Assembly (NCBI GenBank): GCA_005881575.1 | Contig: VBCA01000001.1 | Span: 21,611-85,610, forward strand | Origin: Betaproteobacteria bacterium | GTDB taxonomy: Bacteria; Pseudomonadota; Gammaproteobacteria; Burkholderiales; SG8-39 | DNA: 64,000 bases | Reading direction: 5' to 3' | In this document: one piece after another, positions 36,671 through 45,120 of the stretch | How the letters are laid out: the number at the start of each line of letters is the position of its first letter | Position numbering within the stretch: the stretch's first letter is position 1 | Program-made: the position numbers and the translations under genes | Notes under the pieces: generated by a model | The model's database searches: none | The model's input: only the letters and a program-made list of their open reading frames with translations | Told to the model about the DNA's origin: nothing

Positions 36671-37981
36671 TTACTGACGAGGGTGTTTAAAGAAATGCTC
36701 TGCAATGGCCTTGGCAATGATGCCGTTTGCCAATTTATTATGGTGACCACTTTCCTCATAATACAGGCTAGCAAAGTCGCCAGGTTTCGGTTTCGCCATC
36801 GACTCAATTAAAACAGGTTCGGTATCAAGATAAGGTATTCCCCAACGTTCGATTTCTCTTATTAGGAATGCCTTTCGCCAGCCGCCGCCAGAAGTGGGGA
36901 CGAAGATTACGAAACGTAAATCGAGGCTGTTGGCGTTTGCCTCTTGCACGATTCCTTCAATTAGGCTTTTGCTAACCCGCTCTATTTCTCCTCGCCGATG
37001 CTCACTGTCCATTAAATTCCCACCCGTTTCTAGATACTCCGCAAACTGGACAAGGGCAGCTCCGAAATAGCTTGTTATTCCGACCGGATTTTTCTTGAGA
37101 TAGGAATCATTATTCGTTTCGACCGGGACGCCGCTTAGGACAAGCTCATTCTCTTTGATCAAGAAATATGGCTTGGGACGACTTCGATTTTTCATAATAC
37201 AGCGATCCAGGTCGACCGTAAGAATCCCAATAATGACCACAGGTTTCTTAAAATGGTCGTGAGATTGCTTAAATCGAAGATAGATTTGGTCCAAGCCATA
37301 ACCCGGTACACCGAAATTGTAGACTGTCTTACCCGGTAATAGGCTTTGCAATTGCTGAGGGATTTTATCCGCCATCAGCTTTCCAGCTCCAACAAAGGAA
37401 TCACCGTAAAACAATACACTCCCTTCCGTCGCTTCCAAAACATAAGGGGTATCGGCAATTACACCCAAGGGGTTCTGAGGGGTCCTTTTGTAAGCCCACC
37501 CCAAAATAGGATCGTACGCTAGCCCTGAACTGCTTCTTTGGAATTCGTTGAGATCGGCACTTTCGGCCATTTCCTTATCGATATTATCTAATCCCCATAC
37601 GATTCGAAGTTTGTAGTAATCGTCATCGGAAAGTACATTCGCATATAACCCAGGAGTACGAAACTTAGGGTGCCCAATGGCTATGCCGGTTCGAAGCGTG
37701 ATTTCCATTAACAGGGGACTCATTATGACAATACTAACAAGAAGGAGATTAAGATTCGCGACCAGATCCGTTCTCCGGTAGGTAATAGTGGTAAGCCCCC
37801 AACAGACCAGGATGAAAACAACGCTCCCCATCACAATTAGAACCAGTTCTCTATGCCTTGGAGAGATAGGTCCCAGTTGGTAAAGCAAAAAGTTTCTCAC
37901 AGGCAAAAATGCAACTGCGCCTCCCACAATCCATGTGACACCAATCAAAATGAGGACCTTTTCTCGGATACTTGTCTTCAT
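36671..37981 (-). CDS. membrane-anchored SGNH/GDSL-like hydrolase or acyltransferase (hypothetical)
   Basis: 436 aa with 3-4 N-terminal TM helices. Block I-like FYGDSFVGAG, block II-like NFGVPGYG and block V-like EESGHHNKLANGIIAKAI are present. AT-rich codon usage. Confidence 0.5.
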   Translation of the reverse strand: MKTSIREKVLILIGVTWIVGGAVAFLPVRNFLLYQLGPISPRHRELVLIVMGSVVFILVCWGLTTITYRRTDLVANLNLLLVSIVIMSPLLMEITLRTGIAIGHPKFRTPGLYANVLSDDDYYKLRIVWGLDNIDKEMAESADLNEFQRSSSGLAYDPILGWAYKRTPQNPLGVIADTPYVLEATEGSVLFYGDSFVGAGKLMADKIPQQLQSLLPGKTVYNFGVPGYGLDQIYLRFKQSHDHFKKPVVIIGILTVDLDRCIMKNRSRPKPYFLIKENELVLSGVPVETNNDSYLKKNPVGITSYFGAALVQFAEYLETGGNLMDSEHRRGEIERVSKSLIEGIVQEANANSLDLRFVIFVPTSGGGWRKAFLIREIERWGIPYLDTEPVLIESMAKPKPGDFASLYYEESGHHNKLANGIIAKAIAEHFFKHPRQ

Positions 37982-37990
37982 AAAACCACT

Positions 37991-39211
37991 TCAATTCCTT
38001 GAAAACACTTCAGGCAATTCTTTTATTAGAATTTCTGCAACAATCTTATTCCCCGACGGATTAAGGTGTCCATCGTGACTCCAATACAGATCCCTCAGGC
38101 GCAAATGACTCTCGCGAAAATGAAATGTTAGATCGATAAACCTAATGCCATCATGAGTGAGAAACTCTCGTAACTGTTCGTAGTATTTCGCGTCGGAATA
38201 CACCGTTTTGAAAGGCATAAGCACCATTACGAAGGGAATGTTATTCTCAGTTGCGAACTTCTTGAAGGCTAGGACTGCTTTCTTATTCTTAATCGCTTTT
38301 GGGTTATTACCATACCAATACTGTCCATTGCTGTCCATGTGGTCTCTATACTGTCCATTCGAGTCTTTATCGACAAAATACAAATTCCTAACCGAGGGCT
38401 TTTCGGCTGAAGCCGTCTCAGTCGAATCCGTCTTTTCTACCAACGATTTCACTAGATGTGCTGACAGCGAATATTGTCTGAGGAAATATTTGACTCTTTG
38501 CGACCATGTCCGTCCTTCCAGACTACGTCCTCGCAGACTAAGATCGAGTAACCTTTTATCAATGAATCTTCTTAATTCTATTTCCGGAATCTTCACACGC
38601 CTATCATCTTTATCAAGGCCTACATTATCCACTAGCCAACCATCCATTACAGTAGAATGAGGATAGGCATAGTCATTTGCAATATCATTCGCACAATAAA
38701 AAACAATTATCGCCTTAGGCAAAATTCCAATTTGTTCTACTATCTCAACGAATTTGTCGTATTGGTGTTGCTGGCCTGTATGTGTTACCCCGCATTTTAG
38801 TATTTGAGTGCCGGTCAAATTCTCGATTACAGTGCCAAATTTTTCATCGAAAGGTGCATACCCCCACGTATAACTGTCTCCCGTTAAATAAACATATTCT
38901 TCGTATTGAGCATGCTCTTTATCAAAGCAGCCTATTGAGTTCGACCAAATCGGATAAGTGATGCCATTTACCCAGTGATAGCCCTTTTTGTTTTTGCCAT
39001 TATCAAATCCTCTTTTTTCATGTTTTACAAAATAGCCTTTGGAAAAAGGACCTTGGATCCCAATATCCGGCGCAAGTGTGTCGCGTTGAAAATCCTCACG
39101 ATATTCATTGAAGTTAAGCGCATACTCATTAGGCAAGAAGAAGAACGTTATGACATCGAAAAATATGATGGTTAACAATACAAGTAAAAGAGTTAATAGG
39201 ATTTTCATCAT
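37991..39211 (-). CDS. membrane-anchored SGNH/GDSL-like hydrolase or acyltransferase (hypothetical)
   Basis: 406 aa with a single N-terminal TM (ILLTLLLVLLTIIFFDVITFFF). Block I LTGDSYTWGY, block III-like FYCANDIAND and block V-like WSHDGHLNPSGNKIVAEIL are present. The stop lies 9 nt before the next ORF's ATG. Confidence 0.55.
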   Translation of the reverse strand: MMKILLTLLLVLLTIIFFDVITFFFLPNEYALNFNEYREDFQRDTLAPDIGIQGPFSKGYFVKHEKRGFDNGKNKKGYHWVNGITYPIWSNSIGCFDKEHAQYEEYVYLTGDSYTWGYAPFDEKFGTVIENLTGTQILKCGVTHTGQQHQYDKFVEIVEQIGILPKAIIVFYCANDIANDYAYPHSTVMDGWLVDNVGLDKDDRRVKIPEIELRRFIDKRLLDLSLRGRSLEGRTWSQRVKYFLRQYSLSAHLVKSLVEKTDSTETASAEKPSVRNLYFVDKDSNGQYRDHMDSNGQYWYGNNPKAIKNKKAVLAFKKFATENNIPFVMVLMPFKTVYSDAKYYEQLREFLTHDGIRFIDLTFHFRESHLRLRDLYWSHDGHLNPSGNKIVAEILIKELPEVFSRN

Positions 39212-39495
39212 TTCTAGACGATCGGCGGTTTAAATCGTTTGTACAAACTAAAGCGGGATTTGAGTGATGGGAAAATCAATTTGGCTGTTGCCGGCGTCCC
39301 CTGCGGCTGAAACCTTGTAGCGCCGCCTGAGCGGTGCACCCGCACTCGGTTGCGCTCGATCCAGGTTGCCGGCGCGCGTTCGGCGGTCGGATCGACGCTC
39401 CCTGGGCGCTGCGTAACGGGCGTTGCGGCAAATCATGCAGTCGCCGGGCGCAGCAAGTCAAGCGCAGAGGCGCTCGCCTCGGAAAATCAATCGCA

Positions 39496-39551
39496 ACGGC
39501 GTTTGATACCATAGGGATTCCGGTCCTCACCCCGACGTGACGCCTTCGACC
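39496..39551 (+). repeat. 56-bp direct repeat, right copy (contains the sulP start codon and first 5 codons)
   Basis: 53/56 identical to 36470-36525. It includes the GTG at 39537. Confidence 0.85.
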
Positions 39552-41324
39552 GCATCGATCACTCCGCTCTCGCGGCGCTTGCTCCCGCTCCTCAGGTGGT
39601 GGCCGCGGGTCGACCGCGCAACGCTGAAGGCCGACGCGCTCGCGGGCCTCATCGGCGCCATCGTGGTGCTGCCGCAGGGCGTGGCGTTCGCGACTCTCGC
39701 GGGACTCCCTCCCGAGTACGGCCTGTACTGCGCGATGGTGCCCACCATCGTCGCGGCTCTGTTCGGCTCGTCCCTGCATACCGTCGCCGGCCCGACCAAT
39801 CCGGTCTCGCTCATGGTGTTCGCGGTGCTGAGCCCTCTCGCGACGCCGATGACCCCGCATTACATCGAGCTCGCCTTCACACTCGCCCTGATGTCGGGAA
39901 TCATCATGCTGGCGATGGGCCTTCTGCGGTTCGGGTCGCTGGTGAATTTCATGTCGAGCTCGGTCGTTGTCGGCTTCACCGCGGCGCTCGGCGTGTTCAT
40001 TTTCGCGAGCCAGCTCGGCAACTTTCTCGGCATCGCGTCGGCTCCGGCGGGGTTCGCCGGTCTGGTGCTCGCGACGCTCAGGCGCCTCGGCGACGCGCAA
40101 CCGTGGGTCATCGCCGTGGCAACCGCAACGATCGCGATCGGCGCGCTGTCGCGCCGCGTGCTGCCGAAAGTCCCGCCGATGCTGGCGGCGATGGTTTTGG
40201 GAAGCCTCATGGCCTACGTCATCAGCCATGCGCTCGGCGCGGAGCGCACGGGCCTGCGCACGCTCGGTCCGCTGCCCGGCGCGCTGCCGCCGCTCTCGTT
40301 CCCGGACGTCTCTGCGGCGACGCTGCAAAATCTCCTGCCGGGCGCAGTCGCCGTCGCGCTCGTGTCGCTGACGCAGGCGCTCTCGATCGCCCACGCCATC
40401 GCGCTCAAATCGGGACAGCGCCTGGACAACAACCAGGAATTCATCGCGCAGGGCCTTGCCAACGTCGCCGCGGCGTTCTTCTCGGGCTTTCCGACGAGCG
40501 CCTCAGCCAACCGTTGCGGCATCAACTACGACGCGGGCGCGAAGACGCCGATGTCGGCGATATTTTCCGCGCTGCTGCTGGTGCTCGTGCTCCTCGCGGT
40601 CGCGCCGCTCGTCGCCTACCTGCCGATCGCGGTCGTCGCGGGGCTGCTTTTCCTCGTCGCCTGGAACCTGATCGACTTTCGGCGCATCCGGAAGATCCTC
40701 GCGACGAGCCGCGGAGAGAGCGCGGTGCTCGCGGTCACCTTCTTTGCGACGCTCCTGCTCGACCTCGAGTTCGCGATCCTCGTGGGCGTGCTCGTCTCGT
40801 TGGTGTTGTACCTCAATCGCACATCCCACCCGATCCTGCGCAGCCTCGTGCCCGATCCGCGCCATACCGGGCGCAAGATGACGGAGGTCGAGGACAGCCT
40901 GCTCGAGTGCCCCCAGCTCAAGATCCTGCGCATCGAGGGCTCGATCTACTTCGGCGCGGTCGGCCACGTGGAGCGGCACCTCGACACGCTGCGCGAGCAC
41001 AGTCCCGGCCAGAAGCACCTGCTCCTCATGTCGAAGAGCATCAATTTCGTGGACATGGCGGGCGCCGAGCTGCTCGTGGAGGAAGCGCGCAGGCGGCGCG
41101 CGCTCGGCGGGGAGCTCTACTTCTACAGCCTGAGGAAACCGGCGGAGGAGCTGCTCGAGCGCGGCGGCTACATGGCGGAGCTCGGCCGCGAAAACGTCTT
41201 CCGCGGCAAGCGCGAGGCGATCGGCGGGGTGTTCACGCGGCTCGACCTCTCGATCTGCGCCACCTGCCGCGCGCGCATTTTCGAGGAGTGCGCGAGCGTG
41301 CCCGGACCCGGGGAGGCGGGATGA
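39537..41324 (+). CDS. sulP: SulP-family anion (sulfate/bicarbonate) permease with C-terminal STAS domain
   Basis: 595 aa with the SulP N-terminal motif (ADALAGLIGAIVVLPQGVAFATLAGLPPEYGLY) and a STAS domain (LKILRIEGSIYFGAV...LLLMSKSINFVDMAGAELL). Confidence 0.85.
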   Translation: MTPSTASITPLSRRLLPLLRWWPRVDRATLKADALAGLIGAIVVLPQGVAFATLAGLPPEYGLYCAMVPTIVAALFGSSLHTVAGPTNPVSLMVFAVLSPLATPMTPHYIELAFTLALMSGIIMLAMGLLRFGSLVNFMSSSVVVGFTAALGVFIFASQLGNFLGIASAPAGFAGLVLATLRRLGDAQPWVIAVATATIAIGALSRRVLPKVPPMLAAMVLGSLMAYVISHALGAERTGLRTLGPLPGALPPLSFPDVSAATLQNLLPGAVAVALVSLTQALSIAHAIALKSGQRLDNNQEFIAQGLANVAAAFFSGFPTSASANRCGINYDAGAKTPMSAIFSALLLVLVLLAVAPLVAYLPIAVVAGLLFLVAWNLIDFRRIRKILATSRGESAVLAVTFFATLLLDLEFAILVGVLVSLVLYLNRTSHPILRSLVPDPRHTGRKMTEVEDSLLECPQLKILRIEGSIYFGAVGHVERHLDTLREHSPGQKHLLLMSKSINFVDMAGAELLVEEARRRRALGGELYFYSLRKPAEELLERGGYMAELGRENVFRGKREAIGGVFTRLDLSICATCRARIFEECASVPGPGEAG

Positions 41325-41923
41325 CTCTCCGCCGCACCGCGGTTTTTCTGCTCGCGCTGCTCGCGGCCTGCGGCGGCCAGCCGAAGCTCCCTCCCCTCGC
41401 ACCGAACGCGGTGGTGCTCGCCTTCGGCGACAGCCTGACCTTCGGGATCGGTGCGAACGCGGGCGAAAGCTATCCGGCGCGGCTCGAAGCGCTGATCGCG
41501 CGCAAGGTGGTGTCGGCGGGCGTTCCGGGAGAAGCGAGCGCCGAAGGGCTTGTGCGCCTGCCCGCTGCGCTCGACGAGGCCAAGCCGCAGCTCGTCATCC
41601 TCTGTCACGGCGGCAACGATTTCCTGAGAAAGCTCGACGAGGCGCAGGCGGCGAACAACATCCGCGCCATGGTGCGCCTCGCGAGAAGCCGGGGTGCTCA
41701 GGTCGTGCTCATCGGCGTTCCCAAGCCCGGCCTGCTCCCTTCGCCCGCGGGCTTCTACGCGGATATCGCAAGGGAATTTCGCCTGCCCTACGAGGAGACG
41801 GCGCTGAAGAAGATCCTCACCGACAACGCTCTGAAGTCCGATCTCGTTCATCCGAACGCGGCCGGCTACGCGCGGCTCGCGGAAGCGATCGCCGCGCTTC
41901 TGAGGAAAACCGGGGCGGTGTGA
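41321..41923 (+). CDS. SGNH/GDSL arylesterase-like lipoprotein (TesA-like)
   Basis: Only the last 603 nt of track ORF 39596..41923 are used. The ATG at 41321 overlaps the sulP stop (ATGA). Lipobox LLAAC is present. Block I is AFGDSLTFG, block III is HGGNDF and block V is DLVHPNAAGY. Confidence 0.75.
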   Translation: MTLRRTAVFLLALLAACGGQPKLPPLAPNAVVLAFGDSLTFGIGANAGESYPARLEALIARKVVSAGVPGEASAEGLVRLPAALDEAKPQLVILCHGGNDFLRKLDEAQAANNIRAMVRLARSRGAQVVLIGVPKPGLLPSPAGFYADIAREFRLPYEETALKKILTDNALKSDLVHPNAAGYARLAEAIAALLRKTGAV

Positions 41924-42089
41924 AGGCGCACTACGCCTGAAATCGGGATGTCCTGTCAGGGCGCACCCTCGACTCCGTGTCCGGGGGCTCCGTGAGCTCG
42001 CGCTTTTCCGCGGTTCTAGGGGGACAACGACTATCTTCCGGGCACGCGCCGTACTATGCTGACGACATAGTCAATCTCGTGGATGTCCC

Positions 42090-42239
42090 GTGGAACACCC
42101 CGCAGTCGACCACCACCTCTGGATCGAAGTCACGGAGTATATCGTGGCGGTGGTCGGCGTCATTCTCATCGCCTGGTTGCTCGCCGAGGATCTCGCCTCG
42201 CCCCTGTGGGGCGGGCTCACCAGCATTCGCCTACGCTGA
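42090..42239 (+). CDS. possible small (49-aa) membrane protein
   Basis: Not in the track because it is under 60 aa. GTG-start ORF VEHPAVDHHLWIEVTEYIVAVVGVILIAWLLAEDLASPLWGGLTSIRLR, with about 43 of 49 codons ending in G or C and one clear TM helix. No convincing SD. Confidence 0.25.
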   Translation: MEHPAVDHHLWIEVTEYIVAVVGVILIAWLLAEDLASPLWGGLTSIRLR

Positions 42240-42256
42240 AGGCGCTCCGGTCCCGG

Positions 42257-42661
42257 CTATCTCGCGCCGAGCAGCCGCGACGTCCGCGCGATGTCCTTGG
42301 GCTTCACCCAGAAAATCGCGCCGAAGCGGCGGTTGCCCGCGGTCACCGCGTCCATCGCGACCATGTTGATTTTCGCCTTGGCGAGCTTATCGAGGACGCG
42401 GAGAAGCGCGCCGACGCGGTCCTCGCCCTGGACCAGAAACGCCGTTTTCCGTTTGCCCAGATTCACGCGGTGCTTCTTCGCCCCCTTGGCGAATTGCACC
42501 GGATTGGCGGGAACGAAGTCTACCTGTGCCTTGCCGCCCTGGGGAAACCCGGTGAAGGCGAGCAGATTTTGCTTGCCCATGGCGATCGATTTCAGCATTT
42601 GCAGGCCGATGCCCGGGCGGTTCGGTACTTTCATCGAAAAATAAACGACTTTTCGGATCAT
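42257..42661 (-). CDS. small conserved hypothetical protein (possibly ACT-like regulatory fold)
   Basis: This is the tail of track ORF 42257..43597 in its real frame. The ATG at 42661 overlaps the upstream stop (ATGA) and follows CAGGAGGGA. Sequence MIRKVVYFSMKVPNRPGIGLQMLKSIAMG...GEDRVGALLRVLDKLAKAKINMVAMDAV. Confidence 0.45.
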   Translation of the reverse strand: MIRKVVYFSMKVPNRPGIGLQMLKSIAMGKQNLLAFTGFPQGGKAQVDFVPANPVQFAKGAKKHRVNLGKRKTAFLVQGEDRVGALLRVLDKLAKAKINMVAMDAVTAGNRRFGAIFWVKPKDIARTSRLLGAR

Positions 42662-43767
42662 GGTCCCTCCTGTGGTGTGTCGCCGAACCGGTATTGTCCT
42701 ACGAAGCGACGGTCGATGCGATCCTTCCAGCGCCACACCCAGGCACCTTCCAGGGCGAGTCCTCCCCAGGAGGCCACAGCGTAACGATCGCCGCAGCTGA
42801 TGAGCGCGAGCGAGCGCGAGGGCGGGCGGAAGCGTTCGGGGGCTTCGCCCGCGAGCGCGCGGCGCAGGTTGCGCGCGAGAACCGGCCCCTGCCTCACGGC
42901 GAAAACCCCGGATTTCGGCCTGGGCTCGTCGATCACGGTCGCGACGTCCCCCGCGGCGAATATCTCGGGCCGCGACCGCGATTGCAGCGTTTCGCTCACC
43001 GCGAGAAAGCCCCGCGCGTCGGTGGCGAGCCCGCTCTGCGCGATCCACGAAGGGGCGTACGCTCCGGTTGCCCATACCGCGGCCTGAGCCTCGAAGCGCC
43101 CGCCGCCATCGAGCTCGATCCCGTTTTCGCCGGCGGCAATGACCTTTCGGCCGAAGTGCACCGGGACGCCGCGAGCGCCGAGGATGCGAGCGATACGGCG
43201 GCGCGCGCCGTGTCCGGCGAGGATGGGCAGCTCGCTGAACAGCGCGAATTGCGCGGCGGATCCGGCGAGTCCGTGCCGCATGGCGAGCAGCACCTCGACC
43301 CCGGCCGCGCCGCCGCCGATCACGGCGATGCGCCGCACCTCGCCCCTCCTCGCCCGCTCGCGCAGCCGTTCCCAGCCCGCGAGAAACGGCTCGACCGGGC
43401 GGACACGGAGAGAGTGTTTTGCGGCGGCGGCCGGATCGCCGGCGCTCGACCCGGTGTCGAAGGACAGGATGTCGTAGCGAAGACGCTCGCCCCGGGCGGT
43501 GGTCACCTCGCGCCGCGCGGCATCGACGCCGGCCGCGGAGTCCAGGAGAAAGCGCGCGCCTGCGCGCGCGGCGAGCGCTCCGAGATCGATGCGGCAATCC
43601 TCGGACCGGTAGTGCCCCGCGACGACGCCGGGAACCATGCCCGAGTAGAAAGCGTGGCGGCTCGGACTCAGCAAGGCAAGGTGAACGCCCTCGGCCGGCG
43701 CATCGCCGAAGCTTTTCAGTACAGCGAGATGGCTGTGCCCTCCGCCGACGAGAAGAAGATGTTTCAC
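42658..43767 (-). CDS. FAD-dependent pyridine nucleotide-disulfide oxidoreductase-family protein (type found fused N-terminally to SelD)
   Basis: 369 aa with dinucleotide-binding N-terminus MKHLLLVGGGHSHLAVLK and a second Rossmann motif IAVIGGGAAGVE. It resembles the NDH-2-like family that, as I recall, is described as Nterm_to_SelD. Confidence 0.7.
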   Translation of the reverse strand: MKHLLLVGGGHSHLAVLKSFGDAPAEGVHLALLSPSRHAFYSGMVPGVVAGHYRSEDCRIDLGALAARAGARFLLDSAAGVDAARREVTTARGERLRYDILSFDTGSSAGDPAAAAKHSLRVRPVEPFLAGWERLRERARRGEVRRIAVIGGGAAGVEVLLAMRHGLAGSAAQFALFSELPILAGHGARRRIARILGARGVPVHFGRKVIAAGENGIELDGGGRFEAQAAVWATGAYAPSWIAQSGLATDARGFLAVSETLQSRSRPEIFAAGDVATVIDEPRPKSGVFAVRQGPVLARNLRRALAGEAPERFRPPSRSLALISCGDRYAVASWGGLALEGAWVWRWKDRIDRRFVGQYRFGDTPQEGP

Positions 43768-43843
43768 CGGGTCCTGGACGGGTGTTGGGTCATTCTAACA
43801 GGCGTGATACACTTCTGACGGTTTGTATCTCAGCAGACAGGTT

Positions 43844-44110
43844 ATGCCCAAATCCCTCCGACTGGGAACCGAGCTGGAGAAGACGCTCGAGCGCTACTGC
43901 ACCGAGACCGGGGAGACGAAGAGTGCCGTCATCCGTCAGAGCTTGGCGGAATATATCGCCCGCCGCCAACGCAAGCGGCGCGCACCTTCCGCGTGGGAAC
44001 TAGGCAAAGACTTGTTCGGCGCCGACCGCTCCGCGGCGGGGCAAGGCAACGTCTCGGGGCGGGTCAAGACGCTGATCCGCGCGAAGCTCCGTGCGAAACA
44101 TCATCGTTGA
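43844..44110 (+). CDS. vapB: ribbon-helix-helix antitoxin (VapB/CopG-like)
   Basis: MPKSLRLGTELEKTLERYCTETGETKSAVIRQSLAEYI is a classic RHH N-terminus. The gene overlaps the downstream PIN gene by 20 nt. The track start at 43823 (TTG) is an alternative. Confidence 0.75.
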   Translation: MPKSLRLGTELEKTLERYCTETGETKSAVIRQSLAEYIARRQRKRRAPSAWELGKDLFGADRSAAGQGNVSGRVKTLIRAKLRAKHHR

Positions 44111-44492
44111 TACGGGGCCGCTCGTTGCGCTGTTTCACGCCCGCGACAAGCACCACGAGGCGGCCAAAGCCGTTCTCGAATCGAACCCGGCGGCATTGGT
44201 AAGCACCTGGCCCGTAATCGCCGAGGCCTGCCACTTCCTCGCTGAGGCCGGGAGGCGCGCGCTGCTTACTTTTGTCCGTCGCGGCGCATTGCGTCTGGAA
44301 GCTCTTTCAGTTGAAGATGTGCCGCAACTCGATGAGCTGCTCGCGCGCTACGAGCGGATGGATTTCGCCGACGCCACGCTCGTGCTGATCGCGGAAAAGA
44401 CCGGGATCACCGAGATATTCACGATAGACCGCCGCGATTTCGAGGTGTACCGGACGCGTTCGGGTCGCCGACTCCGCCTGCTGCTGGCATAA
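44091..44492 (+). CDS. vapC: PIN-domain toxin (VapC)
   Basis: 133 aa with N-terminal IIVDTGPLVALF containing the catalytic Asp, a mid-protein acidic residue context and C-terminal DFADATLV. Confidence 0.8.
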   Translation: MRNIIVDTGPLVALFHARDKHHEAAKAVLESNPAALVSTWPVIAEACHFLAEAGRRALLTFVRRGALRLEALSVEDVPQLDELLARYERMDFADATLVLIAEKTGITEIFTIDRRDFEVYRTRSGRRLRLLLA

Positions 44493-45120
44493 AGCTCTCC
44501 TGCATCTCTTGCGGGAGGCGCTCGAGATCTTCGGGACGGTCTACGTCCCACAGGGCGGGAAGTTCGCTCAGGCGCCAGCCGAGCGCGGCAATGCGACGGC
44601 GGGTCTCCGGCAAAACCTTTGGGCCGCCCCAGGGAATGCCGCGAAACAGTTCGGGATCGCAATGCGAAAGGCCGACCAGCACGTACCCACCGTCTTCCGC
44701 CGGCCCGATCACGGCGTCATCGCCGCCGGCAAGGGCCCGTTCTGCGTCGCGGAGGTATTGCGCCGAAAGCGCAGGGATATCACTGCCGATCAGGATCGCG
44801 CGAGCGGCGTGCACGAGCGCCGACTCGAACGCGCGCTGCATGCGCGCGCCCAGATCGCCCTCGCCCTGCGCCCAGAGACTGATCCCGAGTCGGCGCTCGC
44901 ATTCGCGGAAGAAGGGATCACTCGTATCGGGCGCGCACCACAGCTCGACCGGCCCGAGCCGCGAATCCCTCGCCGCGCGCAGGCAGTGCATCACGAGCCG
45001 GCGATGCAGAGCGCCGGCGCCCGCGGCGCCGAGCGCCGGAATCAGCCGGGTCTTGGCCTCGCCCGGCGCCTTCGCGAAAACCATCACCGGGCAGACGGTG
45101 TCAGCCGCGCTCGCCGTCAT
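44419..45120 (-). CDS. DUF2064 / rSAM-selenodomain-associated transferase 2-like protein
   Basis: 233 aa with VMVFAKAPGEAKTRL...IGSDIPAL...GPAEDGGYVLVGL...WDVDRPEDL (nucleotidyl-transferase-like fold of the DUF2064 family). The last ~25 codons run antisense through the vapC 3' end. Confidence 0.7.
   Translation of the reverse strand: MTASAADTVCPVMVFAKAPGEAKTRLIPALGAAGAGALHRRLVMHCLRAARDSRLGPVELWCAPDTSDPFFRECERRLGISLWAQGEGDLGARMQRAFESALVHAARAILIGSDIPALSAQYLRDAERALAGGDDAVIGPAEDGGYVLVGLSHCDPELFRGIPWGGPKVLPETRRRIAALGWRLSELPALWDVDRPEDLERLPQEMQESFMPAAGGVGDPNASGTPRNRGGLS

Larger units (their letters stand above)
36526..39290 (-). mobile_element. low-GC (~40%) horizontally acquired island with two SGNH-like genes and no mobility gene
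   Basis: Base composition drops abruptly relative to the ~65-70% GC flanks. The island is bounded on the left by the 56-bp repeat, and the second repeat copy lies ~200 bp to its right. The genes lack clear SD sequences. Confidence 0.55.

Noticed and set aside
39276-41320. ORF 39276..40394 (-, 372 aa) and the first ~1.7 kb of ORF 39596..41923 (+, 775 aa).
   Set aside because: Both overlap the clearly genuine sulP frame and are extremely Arg-rich. Only the last 603 nt of the 775-aa ORF (from the ATG at 41321) encode a recognisable SGNH lipoprotein.
41921-42244. 9-bp repeat tgaaggcgc at 41921 and 42236, flanking the 333-bp gap.
   Set aside because: It is too short to distinguish from chance in GC-rich DNA, and there are no further matching flanks.
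42662-43597. The upstream ~310 codons of the 446-aa ORF 42257..43597 (-), which overlap the FAD oxidoreductase gene.
   Set aside because: Only its last 134 codons, from the ATG at 42661 preceded by an SD, look like a real protein. The upstream part is an Arg-rich shadow of the 42658..43767 gene.
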